From NCBI GenBank assembly GCA_038868075.1, contig JAWBXB010000001.1, forward strand, positions 2,872-66,871: a DNA stretch of 64,000 nt, written 5' to 3'. The translations under genes and the position numbers were made by a program. The stretch comes from Candidatus Bathyarchaeia archaeon. Lineage in GTDB: Archaea > Thermoproteota > Bathyarchaeia > Bathyarchaeales > DTEX01. The notes beneath the pieces are model-generated. The model was given only the letters and a program-made list of their open reading frames with translations. It was not told where the DNA came from and did no database searches. Below are positions 18,182-28,252 of the stretch, piece after piece; positions within the stretch are counted from its first letter, which is position 1; each line of letters starts with the position of its first letter.

Positions 18182-18764
18182 ATGCGCCCTCTGCGAAGAA
18201 GCCTACTATATACATGCTATATTTGCGGCATGATTTATTGCGGGAACTGCGTAATCTTAGAAGATAATAATATGTTTAAGATGCGCAGTAAAGAGGATTT
18301 CTCCAAAAGCCCCAACAAGAAGCAAATATTCAGGCTTAGGAATACTGCTCTCAAAGAGAGGCAGAACACGTAAGGAGATCAAAATATCCTTCAATAAGAT
18401 TGAGGAGGCTATAGGAGGTAAGCTACCAGCATCAGCATATGAAGATGAAAGATGGTGGATTAATGGGAAGCACACACCATCAGAGATATGGTTGAGCTTA
18501 GGCTGGAGAGTTAAGGAAGTCAACATCGAAGAGAGAATGGTCACGTTCATCAGGGAAAAACCCTCAGCAGATGATAAAAAACCAGATAAACATGCAACAG
18601 CTAAAAGGGTGTCCCAAGAATTTAAGGTGTTAGCCTTAAAGGCTAAGAGCCGCATTAAGAAGCCAACTAAAATATCTAAGAGTAAGATTGCAATACTCCA
18701 AGCTCGCTTAAAAAATATTGAGCGGGCGAGACGCCTAAGAAGGAAACTATGGAAGCCCCTATAA
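18182..18764 (+). pseudogene. Frameshifted small gene: N-terminal CxxC-x4-CxxC knuckle plus a conserved 'LPxSA...WWxN...GW' domain and a basic tail
   Basis: Frame 2 reads MRPLRRSLLYTCYICGMIYCGNCV...MFKMRSKEDFSK... Frame 0 is open from 18261 with no start codon and reads ...SKYSGLGILLSKRGRTRKEIKISFNKIEEAIGGKLPASAYEDERWWINGKHTPSEIWLSLGWRVKEVNIEERMVTFIREK... The shift needed lies near the A4/C4 runs at about 18303..18313. Confidence 0.45.
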
Positions 18765-18900
18765 GAAGCCTTTAAAATGCCGATGAATGCAATCTCAGCA
18801 TATCCCCTAAAAGTTTTCTGGGGCTGGCGAATTCCCGAAACAATTTAAGTTTCCCAAGCGCTATTCTATTTATAGGGATTTAATATTTCACGGTGACACC

Positions 18901-19215
18901 ATGGCTAGGGTTAAGGTTAAGTATTTTGGCATGCTACACGAGCTATTAGGTGTTAGGGAAGAAGAATATTATGTTGATAATGCAACATTAGCTGATCTTC
19001 TTCTCAGATATATACCAAGCAATCATAATGACGCTGCCAAGCAATGGAGGGAAACTATTTTTGTCACCATTAAAGGCGAGGTTGCCATAAATAAAGATGG
19101 AACACCTATAATTAAAGACCACATTATATTGGTCGGTGGAAAAAGCGCTGAAATGAACTATAAGCTAAGGGATGGGGATGAAATAGCCATTCTACCACCA
19201 GTTGGAGGCGGATAA
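18901..19215 (+). CDS. moaD: MoaD/ThiS-family sulfur-carrier protein
   Basis: About 100-aa beta-grasp-type sequence ending in ...ILPPVGGG. Immediately upstream of moaE. Confidence 0.7.
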   Translation: MARVKVKYFGMLHELLGVREEEYYVDNATLADLLLRYIPSNHNDAAKQWRETIFVTIKGEVAINKDGTPIIKDHIILVGGKSAEMNYKLRDGDEIAILPPVGGG

Positions 19216-19218
19216 TAA

Positions 19219-19635
19219 GTGAAGATTAAGATATCCGAGAAACTCGATGACCTAGACAGTTTATTAAACGAGATCAAAAAAGCGTCCAATGATATAGGGG
19301 CTATAATAATTTTTGTTGGAGCAGTTAGGGGTACAGGTAAGGATGGAGGGAAAGTTTTAAGACTTGAGTATGAAGCATATGAGGAGATGGCGACAAAAAC
19401 CCTAGAAAAGATAGTCAACGACCTAAAAAGCAAATATGGGATAATTGATGCAATAGTTGAGCATAAGATTGGGGCTGCAGATGTAGGTGAGGATACAGTA
19501 TACGCTATAATAGCCTCAAAACATAGGGAGGAGGGCTTTAAATCCATAGTTGAATTAATTGAGAGACTGAAACATGAGGTTCCAATATGGAAGAAGGAAG
19601 AAACCGATAAAGGCTCACAATGGATAAGCTCGTAA
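19219..19635 (+). CDS. moaE: Molybdopterin synthase catalytic subunit MoaE
   Basis: IFVGAVRG...LEYEAYEEMA...ASKHREEGF...LKHEVPIWKKEE pattern. GTG start. Confidence 0.85.
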   Translation: MKIKISEKLDDLDSLLNEIKKASNDIGAIIIFVGAVRGTGKDGGKVLRLEYEAYEEMATKTLEKIVNDLKSKYGIIDAIVEHKIGAADVGEDTVYAIIASKHREEGFKSIVELIERLKHEVPIWKKEETDKGSQWISS

Positions 19636-19798
19636 AATTAATTTTCAATCTCACCAAGATTTTCACCATCTAGAAAAAGGCTATACAACGAATGGGTAAT
19701 AATGGAAAAATCAATTTTGGTATATAGGGGCTAAGTAAATTATTTTATAGTAAAGTTAAATAGAGGGAGAAACCATTTTACTTAGTGGGTGAAATTTT

Positions 19799-20431
19799 TT
19801 GTCTCTTGAAGATCTTGTCAACGCATTTGTTAACCTCGAGGAGGAAAAGGTTCTCAAAATTGTTGAGGATCTTCTAAAGGGAGGTATGGATCCATCTGAA
19901 ATTATTGATGCATGTAAAAGGGCGACAACAATTATTGGTGAAATGTTTGAGAGAGGCGAATATTTTCTTTCAGAACTCGTTTTTGCTGGCGAATTATTCA
20001 ACAGCATTATGAAACTTGTTCTCCCAAGACTTAAAAAGGAGATTAAACCAGTTGGCACAATAGTTTTGGGCACCGTCCAAGGGGACATACATGATATAGG
20101 TAAAAATATTTTTAGGGCTTTTGCGGAGGCAGCGGGCTTCAGGGTTATAGATTTAGGCGTAGATATCCCCCCAGAAAGATTTGTTGAGGCTGTTAGATCC
20201 CATAACCCCGACATAGTTGGCATGAGCGGACTACTAACCATAAGCTATGAGTCCATGAAGAGGACTGTTGAAGCATTAAGGGAGGCTGGCTTAAGGGATA
20301 GGGTTAAAGTGATAATTGGCGGCGGAAGAGTAGATGAGCATGTAAAGAGATACACTGGCGCAGATGAATGGGCTGATAACGCAATGATAGGTGTTAAGAA
20401 ATGTAAGGAAATGCTGAGGTTAGGAGGATGA
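19799..20431 (+). CDS. Cobalamin-binding corrinoid protein (MtaC/MtbC-like)
   Basis: B12-binding cap helix bundle plus Rossmann domain with GDIHDIGKN (DxHxxG) and MSGLLT. Confidence 0.85.
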   Translation: MSLEDLVNAFVNLEEEKVLKIVEDLLKGGMDPSEIIDACKRATTIIGEMFERGEYFLSELVFAGELFNSIMKLVLPRLKKEIKPVGTIVLGTVQGDIHDIGKNIFRAFAEAAGFRVIDLGVDIPPERFVEAVRSHNPDIVGMSGLLTISYESMKRTVEALREAGLRDRVKVIIGGGRVDEHVKRYTGADEWADNAMIGVKKCKEMLRLGG

Positions 20432-21675
20432 ATGTTATGGTTAGAAGCGAATTAAAGGCTTCGGAGGAACTCCTGAAAGAAAGGATGGAAAGAGTAGAAA
20501 GAGCAATAGGGCTGGGGGAACCAGATAAAGTACCATTAATAATATTTACTTGTGGAGATATCCTACGCAAATACACTACAGGATATGAATTATACTTCAA
20601 TTATGATAAGGCACGTGAAGTCTCAACAAGATTCGCCAAGGAATATCCAACAGACATATTCCTCGCAGCCCTAGCAGCCGAAGGCTTCATATTCGCCCTA
20701 GCCTTCTCAGACTATCCGGACATAGCGCCCTCCGTCAGATTCTGGACTGGACCAATGCACGATACATTAGGGGATAAATACACTAAGTGGCCTGGTAGAG
20801 AGCTCCCGGAGAGCAATATTTTCCAATTTATCGGCGGACAGTTTATGGATGTCAAGGAGTATAGTAAGTTTTCCGAGGATCCAGTAGGATTCGTGAATGA
20901 GTTTATTCTTCCAAGGGCATGCGTAAACCTTGAGAAGTATGGGTCACCAAGGGCTAATGCCGCCTTAGTAAGGCTCGGGTTCGAAGCCTCAAAATATCTC
21001 AGGTTCCTAACTGATTCAGCCATGGATTTAGCTGGGGTTGGAATACCATCACTCCCACTAACATTCGCCTATGCCCCACTAGACTTCATAGGCGATTTCC
21101 TCAGATATCCGACAGGCACTCTCCTAGATGTCCGTAGACACCCAGATGAAGTTAAACGGGCATGTGAAGCCCTAGTTGAACCAATAATTAAGGTTGCATT
21201 ATCCCTTAAGCCAGCTGGAGCCAAATATGCATTTATACCACTACATCTCAACGAGTATTTATCTCCCAAATTATATAATGAGTTTTATTGGCCTACGCTC
21301 AAGAAGGTTATAGTGACACTTTATGAGCAGGGGATAAGATCGCTCGTCTTCTTTGAGGGATGGCATGATCCATACCTAGAAACAATATTGGAGCTGCCTA
21401 AGGGTTGGGGCATAGCCTACTTTGAGAAGACTGATGTGAGGAAAGCCAAGAGAGTTTTAGGCGGACACACCTGCATAATGGGCGGAGTTCCACCATCCCT
21501 ATTACTTGAGGCAACACCTGACAAGATCAAAGAACATGTAAGAGAACTTTTAAGCGAAATGAAGCCTGGTGGAGGATTCATAATATCGCCAGGTGTAGCT
21601 GATATCCCGAAAGATACGCCATCAGAGAACTTGAGGGCATTAATAGAAGCCGTAGAGGAGTATGGAAGATATTAA
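20428..21675 (+). CDS. Uroporphyrinogen-decarboxylase-family methyltransferase (MtaA/CmuA/O-demethylase-type)
   Basis: UroD-family length and layout. 4-nt overlap with the corrinoid protein gene. GGHTCIMGG (H-x-C) resembles the Zn site of MtaA-type enzymes. Confidence 0.7.
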   Translation: MNVMVRSELKASEELLKERMERVERAIGLGEPDKVPLIIFTCGDILRKYTTGYELYFNYDKAREVSTRFAKEYPTDIFLAALAAEGFIFALAFSDYPDIAPSVRFWTGPMHDTLGDKYTKWPGRELPESNIFQFIGGQFMDVKEYSKFSEDPVGFVNEFILPRACVNLEKYGSPRANAALVRLGFEASKYLRFLTDSAMDLAGVGIPSLPLTFAYAPLDFIGDFLRYPTGTLLDVRRHPDEVKRACEALVEPIIKVALSLKPAGAKYAFIPLHLNEYLSPKLYNEFYWPTLKKVIVTLYEQGIRSLVFFEGWHDPYLETILELPKGWGIAYFEKTDVRKAKRVLGGHTCIMGGVPPSLLLEATPDKIKEHVRELLSEMKPGGGFIISPGVADIPKDTPSENLRALIEAVEEYGRY

Positions 21676-21713
21676 TAGAAGATATTAAAATTCCCCATTT
21701 TTTATTTTTGGAT

Positions 21714-22478
21714 CTACTCTATTATTCTTCTGAAGTTTATTGATGCAATAACGAACATTATTGCATCAAATATTATTATTGCCGCTAAGTCCACTGGTAA
21801 ATGGATTAAATCTCCAGATATTATCAGCGACCTCACAGCGTCCACAACATAGCTTAATGGATTGAAACGTGCTATCCACTGCATTATCTCGGGCATTATT
21901 GAGACTGGATATAGAGCATTGCTCGCAAAAAACAAGGGCATTGTTAATGCCTGCCCTATACCCATAAAGCGCTCCCTAGTCTTCATGAATGATGCTACAA
22001 GAATCGATGTTGCAGCGAAGCCTCCTGATGAGAGAAATATCACTAATAGGGCTAAAATGAAGTTTAGGATGCTAGGTATAAATCTCACGCCTATAAGTAG
22101 GGCTACTGGGATAATAATCAGCGCCTGGAAGATCGCCCTAACTCCAGATGCCATCGCTCTCCCTATAACAATCGAGTATCTCGAGATCGGGGCAACCAAA
22201 AGCTTCTTTAAAATACCAGACTCCCTCTCCCAAACGATTGTTAAGCCATAAAATATTGATATGAACGTTGTCGATTGAATAAGTGCGCCTGGAGTTATGT
22301 AATCAGTATATGGTATTCCGCCAGTAGGTATAACCCTAACACTACTCATTATTGGTCCAAAAACAGCTATCCATAAGATTGGTTGAATAGCCCTAGAATA
22401 AAGCTCTGTCCTATCATGTCTAAGCCTCCTCATCTCAAGCTCAATCATTGCAAGCATGTTTCTCAAGAAACTGTTCAA
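21714..22478 (-). CDS. ABC-2 type transporter permease
   Basis: Six predicted hydrophobic segments. Abuts the ATPase gene. Confidence 0.8.
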   Translation of the reverse strand: MNSFLRNMLAMIELEMRRLRHDRTELYSRAIQPILWIAVFGPIMSSVRVIPTGGIPYTDYITPGALIQSTTFISIFYGLTIVWERESGILKKLLVAPISRYSIVIGRAMASGVRAIFQALIIIPVALLIGVRFIPSILNFILALLVIFLSSGGFAATSILVASFMKTRERFMGIGQALTMPLFFASNALYPVSIMPEIMQWIARFNPLSYVVDAVRSLIISGDLIHLPVDLAAIIIFDAIMFVIASINFRRIIE

Positions 22479-22479
22479 T

Positions 22480-23490
22480 TTAACCCCTCCTAATCATATG
22501 CCTAATCTGTCTAACCTCACTAATCCTGCCAGTCGCCGGCTCAAGTCTAATACCAGCATATTTCAAGAAGACATCGTCTAGGGTTGGCTTAGTTATAGAA
22601 ATCTTTTTAACAGGAATATTATTAGCTCTTAAAATCTCCATTATTTCCGGTAGCGAGTATTCAGCATCTTGAACCACGATATTCAGTTCATTCCCGCTTA
22701 AAATTATGTCGCTGACAATTCTCAGCCCTCTAATCATATCCAAAACCTTCGATCCAAGCCTCCCACCCTCTATTTCTAAGGATATTATTTCGCCCCTAAG
22801 GGAGCGCTTAAGGCTTTCAGGCGTCCCTGAGACAACTATTCTTCCCCTATTAATTATAGCTATTTTATCCGCATAGAGGTCAGCTTCATCCATATAATGT
22901 GTGTTAAAGAAGATTGTTGCCTCATACTCTTTCTTAAAGGCTTTGAGTCTCTCCCAAACAGCCTTTCTAGCAGATGGATCTAAGCCTATCGTTGGCTCAT
23001 CCAAAAATAGAATCTTAGGCTTAGTTAGTAGGGCGCATGCACACTCAAGTCTCCTAATCATCCCACCAGAATACGTCCTAACAAGGCTATTTGCGAATTC
23101 GCTTAAGCCCATATTCTCTAGGGCATCCCAAATAAGTCTCTCCCTTTCGCTTGACGGAATACCATATATTTTAGAATATATTAGGAGATTCTCGTATCCG
23201 CTTATGTCAGTCCAAACACTCATCTCTTGAGGAACATAGCTAACTAGCTGCCTAACTTTAGAGCCCTCACGAACAACATCTAACTCAAAAACATAAGCCT
23301 CACCGGAAGTTGGCTTAATCTGCGTTGTCAAAATCCTCATCAAAGTTGTCTTACCAGCACCATTAGGACCAAGAAGGGCAAAAACCTCACCAGACTCAAC
23401 ATTCAAGTCAACACCATCCAAAGCTTTAACCTTGCCCCCATAAACCTTCGTTAAACCAATAACCCTAACAGCATAATCCATACTAAGCAC
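22480..23490 (-). CDS. ABC transporter ATP-binding protein (DrrA/CcmA-like)
   Basis: Walker A GPNGAGKTT, signature YSGGMIRR, Walker B ILFLDEPT. Confidence 0.9.
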   Translation of the reverse strand: MLSMDYAVRVIGLTKVYGGKVKALDGVDLNVESGEVFALLGPNGAGKTTLMRILTTQIKPTSGEAYVFELDVVREGSKVRQLVSYVPQEMSVWTDISGYENLLIYSKIYGIPSSERERLIWDALENMGLSEFANSLVRTYSGGMIRRLECACALLTKPKILFLDEPTIGLDPSARKAVWERLKAFKKEYEATIFFNTHYMDEADLYADKIAIINRGRIVVSGTPESLKRSLRGEIISLEIEGGRLGSKVLDMIRGLRIVSDIILSGNELNIVVQDAEYSLPEIMEILRANNIPVKKISITKPTLDDVFLKYAGIRLEPATGRISEVRQIRHMIRRG

Positions 23491-23830
23491 CCCACAATTT
23501 ATTTACACTCATTCCAGCGGAGCCAAAACATAAGCCTCAAGCTCCCCCGATTCTTTGAGCGCCACCAACCATACACCTTAACAAACCATATTTATCAGGA
23601 TGGATCGCTTGATATAAACACCTTCCTTAATTCATGCTCATGCAAATAAATCTTCAAGAAGCATATATGCATTTAATTAGTCCTTTTTAGTTAAGCGATA
23701 ATTCCTGTACATATATTAGCACATCTTCTTAAAGATTATACTTTGGATTTAAGGTTACAATAACCATTTTAGCTCGGTGAAACGCGTCTTCTTGACGTAA
23801 AACATTATACTATGATACTGTAACTAATTA

Positions 23831-25924
23831 CTAATGGTCCTCAGTATTAATGGGCGCTATCCTTTCCACAATTATCTTCTGAAGTTGTATTGGTACATTT
23901 GGATGCGGGTAAAGCCCCCTAAATTCAAGCTTTAGAGGTTTAATCGGAACCTTAAATTGAATAGTGAAATCTCGCCATCCATACGATAGTTCATTAAATC
24001 TTATTTTACGAGAAGCAATTATGATTTTACCCTCATTAGCTGCTACATCTAACGTGAGAGCACTCTCATCACTCGCACTATTATAGTAGGCGCCCGGTTT
24101 TACCCTAAGAACAAACGTTACATTATATATTCCCGGGGGATAAAAATCATAGGGACCATACCAAAAAACATGGGATTTCCCCCCAGAAAATTCGATTATC
24201 TTTTCTTCCTCATAAAACGCGACATTATCCTCCTTATAAATCAATTTAGTTGAATCATAGATTTTAGTGAAACCACCATATAGTAATGGGGACCCTTTAA
24301 AACCACGCTTATATAGGACTATACTATCAAATTCTGCCAAAACCCCCCATTCATCATCTAAAATTTTTTCAGCAGAGGATATAGAAGATACATATCTTTC
24401 CGCTCCATCCTTCCACTTAAAAGAGAATCCTATTTTGAAACTTTCTTCAGAAAAATCCAGCAGTATATACTTGGGGGTCAACTTTTCCTTAAACGGAATC
24501 AAATCATAGAAATCCCAATTTTCAGGAGGAATATAGAGCAGCACATATGGAGTTTTATCTGATAGATGAGAATAAAAGCGTACCTGTGTAAGAACAACGG
24601 AATCCGCCGGTATCAAATCTATAAAAAGATCATATATATCATGTCTTGTTTTTCTAGTTAAATCTATTCTATACCCGAAAATTTGTTCGCGAGAGGAGTA
24701 GCCATAAGGCGCCGGTATCAAACCTAAAGGTCCAATAAGGGATGTAAATATTAATGTAACTAGAAAAACAAACGCAATTATTTTTCTCGGTTTTATGCCT
24801 AAGGTACTAGAGAGTCTTCTAATTCCTATTATAGTGGCGATGATGAGTAGAGGCATATTCATAGCGTGATATTGAAGATAAATCGTGCAAATGGGCCATA
24901 AAGATAGAAGTGTAGCTATCATCCAAGGCGCTAGAACCAAGAGGAAGAACCCGCTAAAAAAAGGTAAGAGTAGATAGGGTCCAAAAAGGTAAATAAGATT
25001 TATTAATTTTAGTTTGGCGTCAGCAGTCAACGATTTTAAAACTAGATCTGGGCGAGTTACTAAGTTCAGGAGAATTTCCTCTAGAGATGAGCCAAGAACA
25101 ATCCAACCTCGCTGGGGTCTCCAGATGGGGTTAAATAAATGTTCTATATAGAAAGATACTGCGATCATAATCACAGATACTAAAATAGCTAAAAGCGGGA
25201 ATTTATCGGATCTCACTTTATTAATGATTCCTTTTTTCAGATCTCTAAACTCTTTTAGGGCTCCGAGCTTCTTTAACATACCCCACAATTCCCTTTTTTG
25301 AGTTTCCTTAACATTAAAAATAAACAAATACAATGAAAAGAAGAGCATGAGAATTGGCGTAAACTCGTTAACCATACATGACAATATGAGTAATAGAAGA
25401 AACAATAGATATTGCTTTGTAAAATAAAAGTACATTGTGAATATGAAAAGAGTTGGGAATAAGGATATCTCATGAAAATCATATAAAAGAAGATAGAGGG
25501 AGCCGGGATGTATAAGATAGGCTAGCGATATCAATATTGAGGAGATTTCATCAAACCATTTTTTAGCCATCAAATAAAGCGGAACCACGCCTGCAGAATA
25601 AAACAAGACTTGAGTTATCAATAGTGTAGCAGGGGTAGGCATCACGTAATAAAATGGAGTGAGTATGATAATAAATGGAGAGAAATGTACTCCCAAATAA
25701 TTGCCACTAGGATTCTTAAAAAAATCCATCGTATCATACATGAAGCCAAGCTTAAGCAACCCCTCAAAAATCTGAGTAAAAACTCCAAGGTCCCATGAGC
25801 TCTGATAAGATAAGTATCTATGCACAGCTATAAAGGAAACCATCAAAGAGTAGATTCCTAGAATGAAAAACAAAATAAATAAGAAAAACATATGCCCATT
25901 ATATTGAATATTTTTGATGCGCAT
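23831..25924 (-). CDS. Large polytopic membrane protein, DUF2079-like (GT-C-like) with extra C-terminal soluble domain
   Basis: WDLGVFTQ... and GVHFSPFIIILTPFYY resemble the DUF2079 motifs (DLgifdQ, HfsPi). Many TM segments, followed by a beta-rich tail of about 200 aa. Confidence 0.5.
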   Translation of the reverse strand: MRIKNIQYNGHMFFLFILFFILGIYSLMVSFIAVHRYLSYQSSWDLGVFTQIFEGLLKLGFMYDTMDFFKNPSGNYLGVHFSPFIIILTPFYYVMPTPATLLITQVLFYSAGVVPLYLMAKKWFDEISSILISLAYLIHPGSLYLLLYDFHEISLFPTLFIFTMYFYFTKQYLLFLLLLILSCMVNEFTPILMLFFSLYLFIFNVKETQKRELWGMLKKLGALKEFRDLKKGIINKVRSDKFPLLAILVSVIMIAVSFYIEHLFNPIWRPQRGWIVLGSSLEEILLNLVTRPDLVLKSLTADAKLKLINLIYLFGPYLLLPFFSGFFLLVLAPWMIATLLSLWPICTIYLQYHAMNMPLLIIATIIGIRRLSSTLGIKPRKIIAFVFLVTLIFTSLIGPLGLIPAPYGYSSREQIFGYRIDLTRKTRHDIYDLFIDLIPADSVVLTQVRFYSHLSDKTPYVLLYIPPENWDFYDLIPFKEKLTPKYILLDFSEESFKIGFSFKWKDGAERYVSSISSAEKILDDEWGVLAEFDSIVLYKRGFKGSPLLYGGFTKIYDSTKLIYKEDNVAFYEEEKIIEFSGGKSHVFWYGPYDFYPPGIYNVTFVLRVKPGAYYNSASDESALTLDVAANEGKIIIASRKIRFNELSYGWRDFTIQFKVPIKPLKLEFRGLYPHPNVPIQLQKIIVERIAPINTEDH

Positions 25925-26077
25925 CCTTATTAATATGCCTTATTAGGGCATTTAAAGTTTTCTTCATGACTCAATTTTAATCATCTAAAACCTTTATAAA
26001 AAATGCCACAATAAATAAAAACGATTATATCGTTACCTAAGATGGATTCCAGCATGCGCAAAGGGGGTTAAATTGAA

Positions 26078-26659
26078 ATGATAAGGGAAGAGATCGTTTA
26101 TTTTGAGAGTGGTGGAAGACATAATACTGACGATGCACTTAGGTTGGCTAAGGAGAGAGCCCTTAAGAAGGGCATAAAGAATGTTATTTTAGCCTCGATT
26201 ACAGGCTTCTCAGCTGAAAGAGCTCTAGAAATCTTCAAGGATACTAATATTAAATTAATTGTTGTTGGTTTAAGGGGACCTCCAGGCTCGCCTTTTCCGG
26301 GTTTCCCAGAAAAATTGAGGAAAATACTTGAAGAAATGGGGCATAACTTCTGCTATGCATCAGATATCAAATATTACTTTCCAGAGGATGTGCAAAAGAC
26401 CCTTTGCAGATTCTGTGAGGGGCTTAAGGTTTGCGTTGAAGTAACACTTGTAGCAACAGAGGCTGGCTTTATTAAGCCTGGGGAGGAGGTTATTGCTTTA
26501 GGCGGAACTGGGAGGCTCGGATATGAGAAGGGTGGTGGATTGGATACGGCAATAGTTATCGAGGCTATTGGAAGCAGAGACTTCCTCAACCTTGAAACAA
26601 TATTCGGTAGGAAAGAAGAGAGAAGAAAGATTAAGGAAATTATATGTAAGCCAAGATAG
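26078..26659 (+). CDS. Pyruvate kinase C-terminal (alpha/beta) domain-like protein
   Basis: VYFESGGRHNTDDALRLAKERALKKGIKNVILASITG... recalls stand-alone PK_C-like archaeal proteins. From memory only. Confidence 0.4.
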   Translation: MIREEIVYFESGGRHNTDDALRLAKERALKKGIKNVILASITGFSAERALEIFKDTNIKLIVVGLRGPPGSPFPGFPEKLRKILEEMGHNFCYASDIKYYFPEDVQKTLCRFCEGLKVCVEVTLVATEAGFIKPGEEVIALGGTGRLGYEKGGGLDTAIVIEAIGSRDFLNLETIFGRKEERRKIKEIICKPR

Positions 26660-27037
26660 TGAAAAACTAATCTCTAGCATTAAAGCCAAAATATATAGCA
26701 GGAAATATTAATTATTTTAGGGAGTTTAATACTTTGAGGGGATATTTCTATATTCCCATAATTCTCTCGTTTACCATTACATTCTCGATTTACTTATCCG
26801 TTTTCATAGGATTCTATAATGAAGCCCCCATACCTTAGAAATAATATTGGCGGTAAACCAAAAACTGGTAGGATCTTCGTAAAGAAATTCTTTTATGCCA
26901 TCTTTAATAAAGGCTATAGGGTAAAAACGCGCTTGATTATGCTGCTAATCAAGTATTTGGAGTCAAATCATTTGAAAATTGCGTTTTTTATACAGGATAT
27001 CAAACCCCTTCTGGCAATATAGGTCTTATGAAGATTT

Positions 27038-28108
27038 ATGGTGATGGAAATTATGACCCGACACCATAAAGGAATAATGTCGAATCTTTTATTTCATTAA
27101 TTATTTTAGTTCTGTTTCTAAATGGAATATGCTGTTTTGTAGGAGGAACCCAACCCATAGAGGAAGATAAGAAAAAGACTGCCCTAATGTTTCTAAAGGA
27201 TGTTCTCGGCATTGATTTTATCTCCTATAATATGTCAAAGTATAGATTTGTATCTGTACCTGAAAATTTAAAAGTTAGTCCGGATTCTGCGGACAGTTTC
27301 ATACAGCTCGAGCTCATTTCTAATGAGGGAAAATCAGCTGCGACTTCGAATTTATAAAAGGAAAAATGGTTTGGTGTTTGCTTGAGTACGAAGGGGAAAT
27401 CAAAACTAGATTAAAATTATCTGAAGACCCGATTAATGCGGCTAAGATCATAATTAACAGGTATAAATCAGTTTTTAATGCTTCATATTGCAGGAGATTA
27501 AAACTCTGGAGAATAAAACCGTAGAGAAGAACGGAATAAAACTTGGAATAGAAGTGAATATTAACAGCGAAAATAAATCTCTTTGGCTTACGTGGAAGTA
27601 CTCATTTAATGAATTAGAGCACTCCTTCCCATTCTTTATAATAGATATTAATAATGGGTTACTTACTCTTCTCAGTGATAGAGGAAGCCTTTATAGGGTC
27701 TGCAATTTCGAAGTTAAGGTTTCTAGGGATGAGGCAATTAACATAGCTCTAAGCGTTGCAGGCGACTATATTAGGAAGATTGGAGCAAGGATAGCGAGAA
27801 TTGAAGCAACATTAGGTCTTTATGGAGATGAGTTTGGGAGTAGGGGAGGAAACTTCTGGATATTATATCCAGGATGGATTGTTTGTATTGAATTCGACAG
27901 AATTTATCCTGATGGTGTAAGTGGTTATGAGGTCTATTTGTGGGCTGATACAGGTGAGGTATTCCGTAATGGAATCCGTGGCTTCATATATGATTCTAAT
28001 CTTGAATATTATTATTTTATCGGCGACTGGAGTGTTGCAATATCAATTATTGTAGCCGTATTCTTACTGTTGTTAGCAATACCAGTAGTGATTGAGAAGC
28101 ATCAATAA
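27038..28108 (+). pseudogene. Disrupted gene for a bitopic (N- and C-terminal TM) extracytoplasmic protein; at least 3 frameshifts
   Basis: Readable as one protein only by switching frames. Frame 2: MVMEIMTRHHKGIMSNLLFH* (stop 27098). Frame 1 (open from 27070, no start): ..SFISLIILVLFLNGICCFVGGTQPIEEDKK...LELISNEGKSAATSNL* (stop 27355). Frame 0 (open from 27327): GKISCDFEFIKGKMVWCLLEYEGEIK...RYKSVFNASYCRR.. Frame 2 again: the 27488..28108 ORF, ending in TM WSVAISIIVAVFLLLLAIPVV. Confidence 0.5.
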
Positions 28109-28252
28109 CTCTCCTAAGAAAAACATCCGCTAGAGAATTAAAAATAAATCTTTATAAAGTACTAGTGAAGAGTAAAATGATCTTTTAGATCTCAAGGCTA
28201 ATTTAATCTTTATGCCATCATGCAATATCTAATAGATATGTGAGGGAATAAT

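Noticed and set aside
26819-27022. 67-aa plus-strand ORF (MKPPYLRNNIGGKPKTGRIF...) and a 34-aa TTG ORF at about 26734.
   Set aside because: They have no recognisable features. The same DNA also contains start-less open frames on the opposite strand, so this reads as decayed intergenic DNA rather than a real gene.
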